Below are positions 27,247-36,901 of a DNA stretch of 64,000 nucleotides, one piece after another. Location: positions 1 to 64,000 of the IMG/VR virus record IMGVR_UViG_3300037755_000828. One strand, given 5' to 3'. Under the pieces are notes generated by a model. The model did no database searches, had not been told where the DNA came from, and saw only the letters and a program-made list of their open reading frames with translations. How positions within the stretch are numbered: position 1 is the first letter of the stretch; each line of letters opens with the position of its first letter. The position numbers and the translations under genes are program-made. This stretch comes from a virus.

Positions 27247-28425
27247 ATGCAGGTCATCCTCACCCCTACCGCCGTAGCAGACAAGTTTGGGGCCGGGCTC
27301 AACGGGTTCGCAGGCTCGGTCCCTGGACCGCCGACGCAGTTGAGCGAGCAGTGGTTCGACTCCGTCCAGATGGAGATCGTCAACGTGATCCTCGGGCAGG
27401 GGATCGCGCTGGACGGGTTGGTGTTTGATCAGCTGAAGCAGGCGATCGACGACTACTCGTTCGTGGACCCGACCATCTCGGGCTCGCTGACGATCGACGG
27501 CGGGGCGACCTTGTTCGTGGCGAACACAGCTCTCCTTCGTGTGCAGTCGGGTGCCGCTGTGGTGCTGGAGAACGGCTCGACGTTCGCGGTTGAGGGCAAC
27601 GTCACGTTGATCGCCAGCAACAACACGTGGGTGTGGGGCAGCAGCAACGCGAATGACTGGACGATCAACGGCAACGTGACGTTGGGGACAGGTGGGGGCA
27701 ACGCTGTCGTTACGATCGGCGCTGATGCATCGGACACTTTGAACGTTCCCGCACAGTCCGTGTTCAACGAGTTGGCAACGTTCGGGCCTGTCGACGCTGT
27801 AGACCTGAACGCTATCGGCGACGTCAATCTAGGTACGGGTGTGGGCGATAAAACGGTAACGATCGGTGTTTCAGCAGCCGATATACTCGCGCTGAATGCC
27901 AGTGTTGATTTCGCTGTAGCAACACCTGCAACGACCAATGGACGCCTGGTCTACAACAACCGGCGGTTCAGTGTTGGGAGCGGCGCGACAGCACGACGTA
28001 TCCATTCTCCACAAACGGTGTACGTGGTTTCAGACACAACAAACGCTTCGCTGGCGTCAATCTCGGGCGCAAATCTCGTGATTACAATAACTCCCGACGA
28101 GTGGGTTTATGTGCGAATCTCCGCTATCCAAGAGTCGGACACGGCTGTCGAGGATGTCAAGCTGCTGATCGCAGGGGCTAATGGAGTTGACAGTATTGCT
28201 ATCCTCAACGGCGGCGACGGAGATCAGGCGCAGTTGGTTTTGCCGACCGTGGTAACGGCAGCCGACCGGGCACCCACCGGTTTCACAGTTCGGTGGAAAC
28301 CGTCGAACGACGTAGCCGTCCCGGCGAATAACGTTTGGACAATCATCGCGCAGCACGGAATCACGGGAGGCGCGGCCACCAATGTAACCTCCAGGAACGT
28401 GTTCCTGGAGGTTTGGTACGAGTAG
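27247..28425 (+). CDS. Tail fibre protein (Mu/P2-type N-terminal baseplate anchor)
   Basis: N-term TPTA..DKFGAG.NGF...P.TQL...WFD.VQ.EI.NVI...G..LD....DQL..AI; beta-rich, lower-GC C-terminal half. Confidence 0.8.
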   Translation: MQVILTPTAVADKFGAGLNGFAGSVPGPPTQLSEQWFDSVQMEIVNVILGQGIALDGLVFDQLKQAIDDYSFVDPTISGSLTIDGGATLFVANTALLRVQSGAAVVLENGSTFAVEGNVTLIASNNTWVWGSSNANDWTINGNVTLGTGGGNAVVTIGADASDTLNVPAQSVFNELATFGPVDAVDLNAIGDVNLGTGVGDKTVTIGVSAADILALNASVDFAVATPATTNGRLVYNNRRFSVGSGATARRIHSPQTVYVVSDTTNASLASISGANLVITITPDEWVYVRISAIQESDTAVEDVKLLIAGANGVDSIAILNGGDGDQAQLVLPTVVTAADRAPTGFTVRWKPSNDVAVPANNVWTIIAQHGITGGAATNVTSRNVFLEVWYE

Positions 28426-28436
28426 CCCTGTTGCGT

Positions 28437-29492
28437 CTACGGATTCCAGTCGATGCCGCACATGCCGTTGCCGGCATCGACCATGTTCTCGTCCGTGACG
28501 GTGCACGCAGGCCAAACGGGGAGCGCGAAATTGCCGTCAATGCGATAACACTCGACGACACCGTTGGCGTCGATGTCATTGCACACGTCGACGTCCGGAT
28601 CAGCATCACACGGCCAGACGATTGCGGGGTCAATAGGCGGACTATCGCCGAGCAGTGCAACCGGTAACGCTGGCGACCAGGCTTCAGTTCCTGACCAAAG
28701 CCCGAGGCAGCCGACGTCAAGGCAATCCAGGTCGGCGATATTCCTGCGGCCGTCGGTCCCACAATCTCCGTTAGGGCAAGGACCTAGAGGCATTTTGCAC
28801 GGCGATTCGCCGTCCCCGTCCCCGTCCCCGTCGCCATCCCCGGTCTCCCCCATGCACTCGGGCAGCGCCGCCTCAGGCCACGCGTCCACCCAACACGTCG
28901 GCCACACAAGATTCGCCTGGTTACCGTCGAACGCGGGGCACGATCCACCAGGCGTGTTGAAGCAAGTCACCGAACTCCACGGGTGCATCCCGATGTCGCC
29001 CGCCTCGCCACCGCAAATGTCATCTGCCCACGCCGTGACCGTCCCCATCACCCCGCTACAGGAGGGTTCCGCCTCCGTCCACCATTGCCCGTCGCCGACG
29101 TAGCATGTCGTGCGCTGCACCGAAGGCAGCCACACGCAACGGTAGCTCGGCATGAATGAACTCGGCGCGTCCCCGGCCTGGCACGATTCCTCTGACCACT
29201 CGTAGACCTCGACAGCAGCGCCAGCGCTGGCGATCAGAACGTCGAGTTCGCAATCCGCGACCACAAACGCCCAGGCGTCGTCGGCTCCCATCGGGCGGCC
29301 CAGACAGGGCGTCTGACCCGGGCCGGCTTCGATGCAGCGGATCTCCGCCCACCATCCGTCTCCGTCCCCGGTCTCGGAGACGTCCCCGGTATCGCCGGTG
29401 TCGCCCGTCTCGCCGTCGAGAGCAACGCCACCCGGGAAACAGCCGAGGACCGAGGTAAACGCGATTGTGGTGAATGCGTATTTGGTGATCAT
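28437..29492 (-). CDS. Cys-rich lipoprotein with GD linkers
   Basis: VLG-C lipobox, more than 20 Cys, GDGDG linkers. Confidence 0.75.
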   Translation of the reverse strand: MITKYAFTTIAFTSVLGCFPGGVALDGETGDTGDTGDVSETGDGDGWWAEIRCIEAGPGQTPCLGRPMGADDAWAFVVADCELDVLIASAGAAVEVYEWSEESCQAGDAPSSFMPSYRCVWLPSVQRTTCYVGDGQWWTEAEPSCSGVMGTVTAWADDICGGEAGDIGMHPWSSVTCFNTPGGSCPAFDGNQANLVWPTCWVDAWPEAALPECMGETGDGDGDGDGDGESPCKMPLGPCPNGDCGTDGRRNIADLDCLDVGCLGLWSGTEAWSPALPVALLGDSPPIDPAIVWPCDADPDVDVCNDIDANGVVECYRIDGNFALPVWPACTVTDENMVDAGNGMCGIDWNP

Positions 29493-29571
29493 GGGTAGTT
29501 CCTTGGGCTTGCTAGAGAAACGCAGAATTGCAGCGTAGCCCAGGCGGACGGGCTATTCCGTGAAAGCGCAG

Positions 29572-30480
29572 TCACAGGACCGAGCACGCTGGCATCGTGT
29601 AGACCTCGGCCCCGTCGAGCGTCTGCATGCAGGCTCGGTTCGCCTCGCCACACGTCACCGGGCCGAGCAGCGCCTGAGCAGCCTCGAGACTCGGGTCGCA
29701 GTTCCGAATGAAGGGCAACAACAACAGGCCCTCTCCAGTCGGCGCGCACGAGATCGGGATCACGATGTCCAACGCGTCGACGTGCTCGCCGAAGCACTGG
29801 AGATCGTTCGGCCCCGTGAAGCACTCGACGGACGACCACGACAGCAGCGGATCGCACTCGGGCGGAACCTCTGCCGGGACGAAGTCCTCAAACCACGCCG
29901 GGGTGCCGTAGTAGGCGGGGTGCACGACCGTGAGCAAGCCGGGGCCATCGGCATCCATGAAGCACCCGCCGAAGTCGTCGACCTCAGGGAACGTGATGTT
30001 CCCGGGTCCGAAGTCGACGTCCACCGGGACACAGGTACCGTCGACACACATGAGCAGCGCGAGGCATTCGCCGCCGGGCGGGACGACTCCGTTGCCGTCC
30101 AAGTCACGCAGCGAGCACGCGCAGCCTAAACTTCCTGGTTCGCACGCAGGCCCCTCGCAGGCGGGTTCACCGTCAACGGACGGACACCACTCGCTCTGAC
30201 CGCTGCACTGATCGGGGTTGTCGGCCGGCCAGCAGACGGGCTCATTCTCGCCAAAGACCTCGCAGCAAAACCCGGGAGACTCGCCCCCCGTCTCGGAGTC
30301 GGACTCGGACTCCGACTCGCCGGTCTCATCGGGCGGAAGGTCGGGGTCCGCGACGGACGTCTCCGAACCGCTGCCGGTGCCCGAGCTCGCGTCTGTGCTG
30401 GACCCAACGACCCCGTCAGGCCCGCAGCCCAGCGCGAGACCAAGGATGAATGTGGTCGACATTAGTGGTCGTGTGGTCAT
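29572..30480 (-). CDS. Cys-rich lipoprotein
   Basis: LALG-C lipobox, S/E/T-rich linker, CEPGSLGCAC module. Confidence 0.75.
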   Translation of the reverse strand: MTTRPLMSTTFILGLALGCGPDGVVGSSTDASSGTGSGSETSVADPDLPPDETGESESESDSETGGESPGFCCEVFGENEPVCWPADNPDQCSGQSEWCPSVDGEPACEGPACEPGSLGCACSLRDLDGNGVVPPGGECLALLMCVDGTCVPVDVDFGPGNITFPEVDDFGGCFMDADGPGLLTVVHPAYYGTPAWFEDFVPAEVPPECDPLLSWSSVECFTGPNDLQCFGEHVDALDIVIPISCAPTGEGLLLLPFIRNCDPSLEAAQALLGPVTCGEANRACMQTLDGAEVYTMPACSVL

Positions 30481-30515
30481 CGAGTGCCGCTCATACCACC
30501 GTCGCGGCACTCGAT
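30479..30515. promoter_or_regulatory. Perfect 12-bp inverted repeat spanning the lipoprotein promoter
   Basis: ATCGAGTGCCGC-13nt-GCGGCACTCGAT directly upstream of ATG 30480. Confidence 0.5.
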
Positions 30516-30623
30516 TCCACCCGTGTCTGCTGGTCGGCGCGCAGACGGGGCCCCGCTTCGTTTTGGCGCGCGCGGGGTTCGACTCGACCAAGACGGACCT
30601 CAACTTGGGGCGCACCTGGGTAA

Positions 30624-30830
30624 ATGTTGCTGTCCCGCATCGCTGAATCGACAGCGTCGCCGGACCCGACCGAAGAGCGGGGCAGCTACTTCTGTTGCAA
30701 GAATGTTGGCCCCGACGCTTCCGGCGATGACTGCACACTCATACTCCAGGAGCGTGTCGCCTTGTGCGGAAACGTGCTGTACTGTGCCGGATCGTACACG
30801 AACGCCGAGGGAGATGTGACCTGCCACTGA
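30624..30830 (+). CDS. Small Cys-rich protein or remnant
   Basis: YFCC...C...C..VLYC.G......VTC, six-Cys module without signal peptide. Confidence 0.45.
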   Translation: MLLSRIAESTASPDPTEERGSYFCCKNVGPDASGDDCTLILQERVALCGNVLYCAGSYTNAEGDVTCH

Positions 30831-31521
30831 TGCACGAAGCCAGACGCGCCGCTGTGCTCGCGTTGGGCAGCGGCAGCAGCTCGGCGGGTGCATCGGCGAT
30901 CGCGACTTGATAGCGCAGCCGGCTGAGGTCGCGAAGAAGGTGTGCACCCGACCGCGCACCGGCAAAGGTCGGGCAGCGCGGAGATCGCTCACCAAACACC
31001 CACCTAGAGGCGGTGTTTGCGTTCGGGGTTCGGGGTTCCCGCGGGATCTCGCCCCTCGGCAACCGTCACAACGCGCCCGCGAGGGTGTCTCCGCTACCGT
31101 AATTCCTTCTCCAGCCGTTGCTGCCACATCGGACCTCGCCACGCCCGAACAGCTCCCGGCCGGCCGAAACTCCCGCTGACGACGCGCCTGTCGTTACCGA
31201 CACAAAACTACTAGACAACCAAAACAAACGCGCACGACCGATTTGGTGGTGCGCGTTTGCAAGCGGGGACGGTGTTTCATGGGGCGTCCTCTTGCCTCTC
31301 TCCTTTCGTCGCCCGTCCTGGAGTCTCTCCAGGCACCATGCCGTCCTTGCTCAGGCGGGGATACCGTCGCCGATGCCGCGCATTCCCCGGGTGACACAAA
31401 GGACTCGCGCCGAGGTCAGCGCCCGTGCTAGCGTTGCGCACCCAAAGAAAAGAGGCCCGCAGCGTGACTTGCGGACCTCTTGGGGTGAACACCGGACCAG
31501 CAAAAGGACCCCGGCGAACCC

Positions 31522-31776
31522 ATGCAGAATACTCCAAAATCGCCCACAGGCGCAACGTCAATCGCCCTCCCGCTCACTTTTGCCGAGCTCCTCGACCTCG
31601 ACCTGGACGAGCAAGCCCGCGCAGTAGCAGCGTGCACGTCGTTGAAGTTCGAGGATGCCCGCGACATCCTGCGCGTTCGGACCCTGTACATGCCGGATCG
31701 GCCATGGACCGAGCTTCTCGCCCACGGCGAAGAGGCATGGGAGTTCATGGGCGCGCTGTTCGGAGACGACCTGTGA
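31522..31776 (+). CDS. Hypothetical protein
   Basis: 84 aa, GTGA-coupled to next gene. Confidence 0.55.
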   Translation: MQNTPKSPTGATSIALPLTFAELLDLDLDEQARAVAACTSLKFEDARDILRVRTLYMPDRPWTELLAHGEEAWEFMGALFGDDL

Positions 31777-32681
31777 AGGTGCGCGCGGCGGCCTCCGAGG
31801 CAGAGCCAAGGCCAAGGCGCCCGCGTCGAGCCTCAGCTCCAGCGCTGCAGCACCCCACCTTTCTCCGCCGCCTCGCGCTCCTCGAACTGCCCCGAGGCCC
31901 CGGCCGCGCCCACGCCCCGATCATCTTCTTGTTCCTGGCCTCGCACCTGCGCCGGTCCGGCAGCACCGTCGTCTGGCCAAGCAACGACCGGATCGCCCGC
32001 TGCACCGGCCTGTCCCTCCGCGCCGTCGAGCGCGGGATCGCCTACCTCCGCGCGATCAAGAAGATCACCGTCTCCCACGCCCTGCGCCCCGCATCCCGGG
32101 CCATGCCTCGCCGCAAGGTCGGGCGGATCATCGAGCTCCACCTGACCGACGAAGGCGGCCCCAACCCGATCGTCCGCTTCCCGTCCCCGCGGACCATGGC
32201 CTGGGTCTGGCGCAGCTGCCGAGCTGTTCGAAGTCGACCCGCTGCGCTCGTGGCCGTCGCCGTCGCCGAGCTCGTCATCGCCGCCGCAGAGCTGGGTGAC
32301 GATCTCACCGAGGCCGCCTTCGTCGGTGCTCCTATCGAGATGATCCGCTCGCTCGTCGGCGCTCCACACGGCGGCGCCTTCAATCGCCGTCTCGATGACC
32401 TCGAGCGCGCAGGGGTTCTCGATCGCGCAGGCTCGCACTGGCGCTCGGGCGCGATCGTCCAGCTCCCGCCCCGCCCCGCCGCGCGCCCGCTCCCGACTCC
32501 GCTTCCGCAGCTCCTGCCCGCTCCGATGCAGCGCGTCGGGCATTTTCCCGCTGCGAACGACGGGCCGACGATCGAGGAGATCGACAAGATCAACGCCGAG
32601 GTCGCGGCGGCCCTGCGCTGGCGGGGCGGCTCCGAAGCTCGACCAGCTCGCGGATCTGCGTCGGGGGCGACGTCGGCGTGA
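31773..32681 (+). CDS. Winged-HTH replication initiator-like protein
   Basis: VWPSNDRIARCTGLS.RAVER.I..L (HTH_36-type) plus a second wHTH-like segment. Confidence 0.65.
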   Translation: MKVRAAASEAEPRPRRPRRASAPALQHPTFLRRLALLELPRGPGRAHAPIIFLFLASHLRRSGSTVVWPSNDRIARCTGLSLRAVERGIAYLRAIKKITVSHALRPASRAMPRRKVGRIIELHLTDEGGPNPIVRFPSPRTMAWVWRSCRAVRSRPAALVAVAVAELVIAAAELGDDLTEAAFVGAPIEMIRSLVGAPHGGAFNRRLDDLERAGVLDRAGSHWRSGAIVQLPPRPAARPLPTPLPQLLPAPMQRVGHFPAANDGPTIEEIDKINAEVAAALRWRGGSEARPARGSASGATSA

Positions 32682-33208
32682 GCACCGACCGGGATTGGCT
32701 CGACAAGCCTGCGCAGGTGCTGTTCGAGCGGCTGCGTGCGCATCGCCTCGAGGTCGCCAAAGCCGAAGGTGTGCCGCCCTACGTGGTCGCTACCGATCGG
32801 TCCTTGCGAGAGGTCGCGCTGCTGCGGCCCCGGGATCTTGCGGGGCTGCGGCTTGCCTACGGGATCGGCCCGGCCAAGGTCGAGCGCTACGGCGAAGGAC
32901 TGCTCGACGTCATCCGCGAGCACGGTGGCGACGGCGACGGCGATGGCGATGGCGATGGCGATGGCGACGGTGATGGCGATGGCGATCCCGGTCGCCCGCT
33001 CGAGGGGAAGGCGATCGACATCCTGATCCGCCTTGCCTCCGAGCGGGCTGTCCGCGAACTCGATCCGAGGGAAGCCGAGCTCCTGATGCTCACCGAAACA
33101 TGGCTGCGCTCGGAGACCGACGGCATGGCGCCCCCGTGGCTGACTGATCGGCGTCTTCACGGGTTGGAGGCAGCTGCCCTTCGATGGCGGGACAGTGAGC
33201 GGTTTTGA
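32678..33208 (+). CDS. Stand-alone HRDC domain protein
   Basis: LFERLRAHR..VAKAEGVPPYVV..D.SL.E.A..RP...L....GIGPAKVERYG. Confidence 0.85.
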   Translation: MSTDRDWLDKPAQVLFERLRAHRLEVAKAEGVPPYVVATDRSLREVALLRPRDLAGLRLAYGIGPAKVERYGEGLLDVIREHGGDGDGDGDGDGDGDGDGDGDPGRPLEGKAIDILIRLASERAVRELDPREAELLMLTETWLRSETDGMAPPWLTDRRLHGLEAAALRWRDSERF

Positions 33209-33238
33209 GCTACGGCACGAAAATCGTGAGGCGACGGC

Positions 33239-33267
33239 TTGACGGATAAACCGGGTGGGTTTATCTT
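33239..33267 (+). promoter_or_regulatory. Sigma70-like promoter with embedded palindromic operator
   Basis: TTGACG-N17-TATCTT; GATAAACC-N5-GGTTTATC; ATG 6 nt after the -10. Confidence 0.7.
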
Positions 33268-33273
33268 CTGTTC

Positions 33274-33594
33274 ATGACCGCCTCCGCCACCACCCAGATC
33301 ACCGCCTCCCCCGCCAAGCTCCGTGACGGCTCTTGGGGCGCCCGATGCCCAGGCCGCGCTCCCGCGGTGGGCTCGACAATCACCATCCGCACGGCGGGCG
33401 GCAAGAGCTGGGACGCCCAGGTCACCAAGGTGGTCGTGCAGTTCGACGACGCGGCGCTCGTCTCGACCGCGAGCGCGCCGAAGACCTCCGCTCCGGCCCG
33501 CTCGACCACGCCCCGCTACTCGACCTACCGCCGCACCGGTTGCGGGTACCCCGGGTGCAACGGTCGCAACTTCTGCGACGAGTGCAGCGACTGA
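33274..33594 (+). CDS. Hypothetical protein, C-terminal Zn-finger
   Basis: KLRDGSWG motif; CxxxxC...CxxC. Confidence 0.7.
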   Translation: MTASATTQITASPAKLRDGSWGARCPGRAPAVGSTITIRTAGGKSWDAQVTKVVVQFDDAALVSTASAPKTSAPARSTTPRYSTYRRTGCGYPGCNGRNFCDECSD

Positions 33595-33648
33595 CCCCGA
33601 CCCGCCGTCGCGAGCACGACTGATTTTCTCCCTACAAGGAACACGACC

Positions 33649-34215
33649 ATGAACACGACCACCGCCGCCGAAACCAGCACAACGCAAACCATAACCTTCG
33701 CAACGGCCGTCCCGACTGAGATCGCCGACACGCTCGATCTCGGACACGTTGAGGAAAACAAGCCACGGCCCAACTACATCGGCTATTGGCGCTCATCCGA
33801 AATCGGCGGCGGCTCGCCCCATCACCGCATGCTCGAGCAGGCCCGTGTCGGGGCCGGCGGCAAGTCGAGCTTCACAATCAATGGGATTCCGGCGGCGGAG
33901 TACTACGCGGGAGTGATCGACCGATACGAGCAAGAGTGCGCCGCGTGGGACACCTTGCCCTGGCCCGGGGACTACATCGATCCGTCCATGCCCGAGCATG
34001 AGCGCGAGCGCGTCGCGGTCCTGCTCGACGCTGCGCCGATCGTAGCAGGCTACTGTGGGTCCAGCAGCGACCGCCTCGGAGGAGACGACCCGCGCTCGAC
34101 CGGATCGCAGGAGCGTGCGCTGGCTGGCTGGTGCTGGCCGTCGGGGCTGAGCTACTACGTTCGCACGTACGGGCTGCGGCTCGACCCCGTGTTCATTGAG
34201 GCGATCAGCCGATGA
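33649..34215 (+). CDS. Hypothetical phage protein
   Basis: RBS AAGGA; IGYW...LPWP...WCWPSGLSYYV..Y. Confidence 0.7.
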   Translation: MNTTTAAETSTTQTITFATAVPTEIADTLDLGHVEENKPRPNYIGYWRSSEIGGGSPHHRMLEQARVGAGGKSSFTINGIPAAEYYAGVIDRYEQECAAWDTLPWPGDYIDPSMPEHERERVAVLLDAAPIVAGYCGSSSDRLGGDDPRSTGSQERALAGWCWPSGLSYYVRTYGLRLDPVFIEAISR

Positions 34216-34484
34216 ACGCGGGATCTGCTCGGATTCGGATCGCCTCCAACATCACCCGGCTCGTGATCGAGTGGGCTGCTGCTCGCGAAGCCCAGCTTCC
34301 CGTCGCCGAGGCCCAGCTTGCTGAGCTCGCCGGCCTCGGGACCGATCGCCTGACGCCGTCGCAGCGAGCCACGATGCTACGCAAGATTGCGCGCGGTCTT
34401 GCGGCTCCGAGGCTCGAGACGCTTGACCGGCTCGCCGCAGCACTCGAGGTCGACGTGCAGCGGTTCCTTGATCCGGTGCAGTAG
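34212..34484 (+). CDS. XRE-family HTH protein
   Basis: IASNI..L, QLAELAG, KIARG..APRLETLDRLAAALEV. Confidence 0.75.
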   Translation: MNAGSARIRIASNITRLVIEWAAAREAQLPVAEAQLAELAGLGTDRLTPSQRATMLRKIARGLAAPRLETLDRLAAALEVDVQRFLDPVQ

Positions 34485-34544
34485 CCCGGTCGCAAGCGCC
34501 TGACGCCCGGCGTGCTGATCAGCTCCCGCCGGGCGATGGGTCAG

Positions 34545-34952
34545 CTACTCGAAGCACTCGACGGCCGGGAGCCCGTCAGGCGTGGTCGTGGTCCGACCCC
34601 AATCGCACTGGCCGATGATGTCGTTGGTCGCAGGACACTCGGCCGCCGTCGCCACGCCCACGCACCCGCCAGTCTGCAGATCACAGCACACCCACAGCGG
34701 CTCGCCGCCGCACTGGCCAACGCCAGCGGCACACGGCGAGCAGTGGTCGGGGTGGCGCTCGCAGTAGGGACGCGGATCGCATGTGGTCGAGGTTGCTGAT
34801 CGCTGCTCGTCCGCACGGTCGAGCGCGAGCAGGGTCAGCCCCGAGCTCGCGCCGGCTGTGGCCGCGAGCGTAACGAAGAGCGCGAGGGCGATCTGCCACC
34901 TGCGCGCGGGCTTGTTGGTGGGCGGGATCGTGGGGGTCGTAGTCGGCGTCAT
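34545..34952 (-). CDS. Membrane-anchored Cys-rich protein
   Basis: One hydrophobic helix then more than 10 Cys. Confidence 0.6.
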   Translation of the reverse strand: MTPTTTPTIPPTNKPARRWQIALALFVTLAATAGASSGLTLLALDRADEQRSATSTTCDPRPYCERHPDHCSPCAAGVGQCGGEPLWVCCDLQTGGCVGVATAAECPATNDIIGQCDWGRTTTTPDGLPAVECFE

Positions 34953-35356
34953 GGTGGCGGGGACGGTCGCGCGTCTTTGGGCAACTCGCAAGCGTCCGCG
35001 AGCACGGCGAAATAGTCGATCGCTGTGCGGGCGTCATGCACCGCCCGTGCGCACAACTGCTCTGTCTCCGCAGACACCTGGCAACGCTTGTCCGTCGCCG
35101 TCGTCACCGGCTCGACCACGACCGTCGGCGGCTCGACGGGGACCGGTGCAGGCGCGCTGACCATCGTGAGGCCCACCCCCCCGCCAGCACCGGCGAGAGC
35201 GACCGCAAGGTTTTTCAGCGCTCGCGAGCCCATACGCCGGATCGCCCGGCGCACGGCCTCCTCCTCGGGCCACTCGTCGCCGTCGTCGGGCGGCCGGGCC
35301 TGCACTCGGCCTTGCACGGTCGACAGGCTCGCGCGCGTGTCGGGGTCACCTGCCAC
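34949..35356 (-). CDS. Hypothetical membrane protein
   Basis: Single hydrophobic segment; TACAGT -10 six nt upstream of GTG. Confidence 0.55.
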   Translation of the reverse strand: MAGDPDTRASLSTVQGRVQARPPDDGDEWPEEEAVRRAIRRMGSRALKNLAVALAGAGGGVGLTMVSAPAPVPVEPPTVVVEPVTTATDKRCQVSAETEQLCARAVHDARTAIDYFAVLADACELPKDARPSPPP

Positions 35357-35483
35357 TCGATGACTGTACTCTCAATCAAGCGCCAGATTCGCCAGCCCCG
35401 GTAATGGGCTGCGCGGCGTGGCAACGAGGCCCCTCGCTCTGGGCTGGGCCGCGGCCCGGGTCGAGATCTCGCCGCGCGCTTGC

Positions 35484-35852
35484 TCACGATCCCAGGCGAA
35501 GCGCAACGAGCTCGGCTTCCACCACGCTCGCGTCGCAGTTGGCCGCCACCGACTTCGCCAGCGCATAGGCCCGCGCCAGCCACGATCCGCCCGCGGGCCA
35601 CGAGCTGCTCGCCGCAAGCATGGTGGCCCGCTCCACGAGCAGCCTGCGCGCAACAGCCAGCCGATCCCGTAGTGGCTGGACCATCACCGCGTCGAGTTCG
35701 GCATCGCGATCGACGTACGCCTGCAGCGACGTGTGGCCCTGGTCCAATGTCAGCTCGTCGAGCGCGGCCCACTTCTTCCGCGCTGCCGCGGCGACCTCGG
35801 CCTCGAGCTCATCCATCCACAGCGCCACGGCCAACAGTTGTTCGATCTTCAT
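35484..35852 (-). CDS. Hypothetical protein
   Basis: Coupled to upstream ORF. Confidence 0.55.
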   Translation of the reverse strand: MKIEQLLAVALWMDELEAEVAAAARKKWAALDELTLDQGHTSLQAYVDRDAELDAVMVQPLRDRLAVARRLLVERATMLAASSSWPAGGSWLARAYALAKSVAANCDASVVEAELVALRLGS

Positions 35853-36901
35853 ACGGACTCCTCGAGCGCCTCAACTCGCGCGTGACCCAGCGTCGCGCGA
35901 GCCGCCGCAAGGTCACTTGCGGGGACGGTGATCGTCTGGCCAAGCGCAAACGCCCGGTCGAACATCGTATTTCCCGGCGGCCAGATGGCCTTCGGCGCAA
36001 AACGTACCGCGTACTGGATCACCAGTCCCTGGAACCTGACGATCCCCTCTTGGTGCGGCTGCAGGAGCTCGGCGTCGAGGTCAGCGTAGCGCGCTGCGTA
36101 GCGCGGCCCGTCGCCAGCCCCACGAGGAAATTCCTGCAGCAAGATCGTTGACCTGCGCTTGAGCGCGGCCCTGCGCTCCACGTCGTACTCGGCGAAGATC
36201 TCGCACGCGGCTCGCAGCAGAGCCTTGCGCCGCGTGGGCGTGTTCTTGATCGGCGGCGAGGCGGGCGCAGCGAGGTCCGCATCGCACCGGAGGTGATCGT
36301 CGAGGTCGCCAAGCAGCTGAGCATCCAGGCGCTGCCGCTCCTCCAGCTCGAGCTCGATGCGGCGGCGGGTCGGCAAGACCAACTCCAGCTCGCGTAGCGC
36401 GGTGTCGTCGTAGTTGACGACGCGTCGCCACGAGCGCCTGGACCGAGGCGAACTCGGGACCCTGCGAATCTGGGCCGGTGGCAGCTTGGCCATGAACTCG
36501 GCCACGAGATTGTCGCAGCGCTCGCGGTCGCTCTCCTCGATCGTGAGGATCCTGTCCGTCTCCGCGTCGATCTCGGCCTCGGTGATCTTCAGCGTCCGCG
36601 CGAGCTGGTCAATCGCGACGATCCGACGATCCGCGGTGTCGACCGGCGCACGCATGATGTAGTGCACCCCTTCGTCGACCTCGTAGATCGGCTGGCCGCT
36701 CGCCATCCTGCGCACGAGCCAAAGGTGCTCGACGAACACCAGCCGCGCGGCAAGCCGGTCGGGCTCACGCTCGTCTTCCGCCGCGAGCTTCAGGGCCTCG
36801 AGCTCGGCGATCTTCGCCTCGCCGAATCGGAGCAGCGCCACCGACCTCGCGTGGAGCGTCAGCAAGCGGCGGCGCGCGTCGTCGAGGTCAGCGATCTTCA
36901 C
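35849..36901 (-). CDS. Hypothetical protein
   Basis: 350 aa helical ORF in operon. Confidence 0.6.
   Translation of the reverse strand: MKIADLDDARRRLLTLHARSVALLRFGEAKIAELEALKLAAEDEREPDRLAARLVFVEHLWLVRRMASGQPIYEVDEGVHYIMRAPVDTADRRIVAIDQLARTLKITEAEIDAETDRILTIEESDRERCDNLVAEFMAKLPPAQIRRVPSSPRSRRSWRRVVNYDDTALRELELVLPTRRRIELELEERQRLDAQLLGDLDDHLRCDADLAAPASPPIKNTPTRRKALLRAACEIFAEYDVERRAALKRRSTILLQEFPRGAGDGPRYAARYADLDAELLQPHQEGIVRFQGLVIQYAVRFAPKAIWPPGNTMFDRAFALGQTITVPASDLAAARATLGHARVEALEESV

Noticed and set aside
27247-28425. Invertible fibre cassette or DGR target
   Set aside because: No invertase, reverse transcriptase, flanking inverted repeats or template repeat seen
34545-35356. Holin/spanin pair
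   Set aside because: Membrane segments are present, but there is no lipobox or family motif and the pair is 6 kb from the endolysin; not supportable
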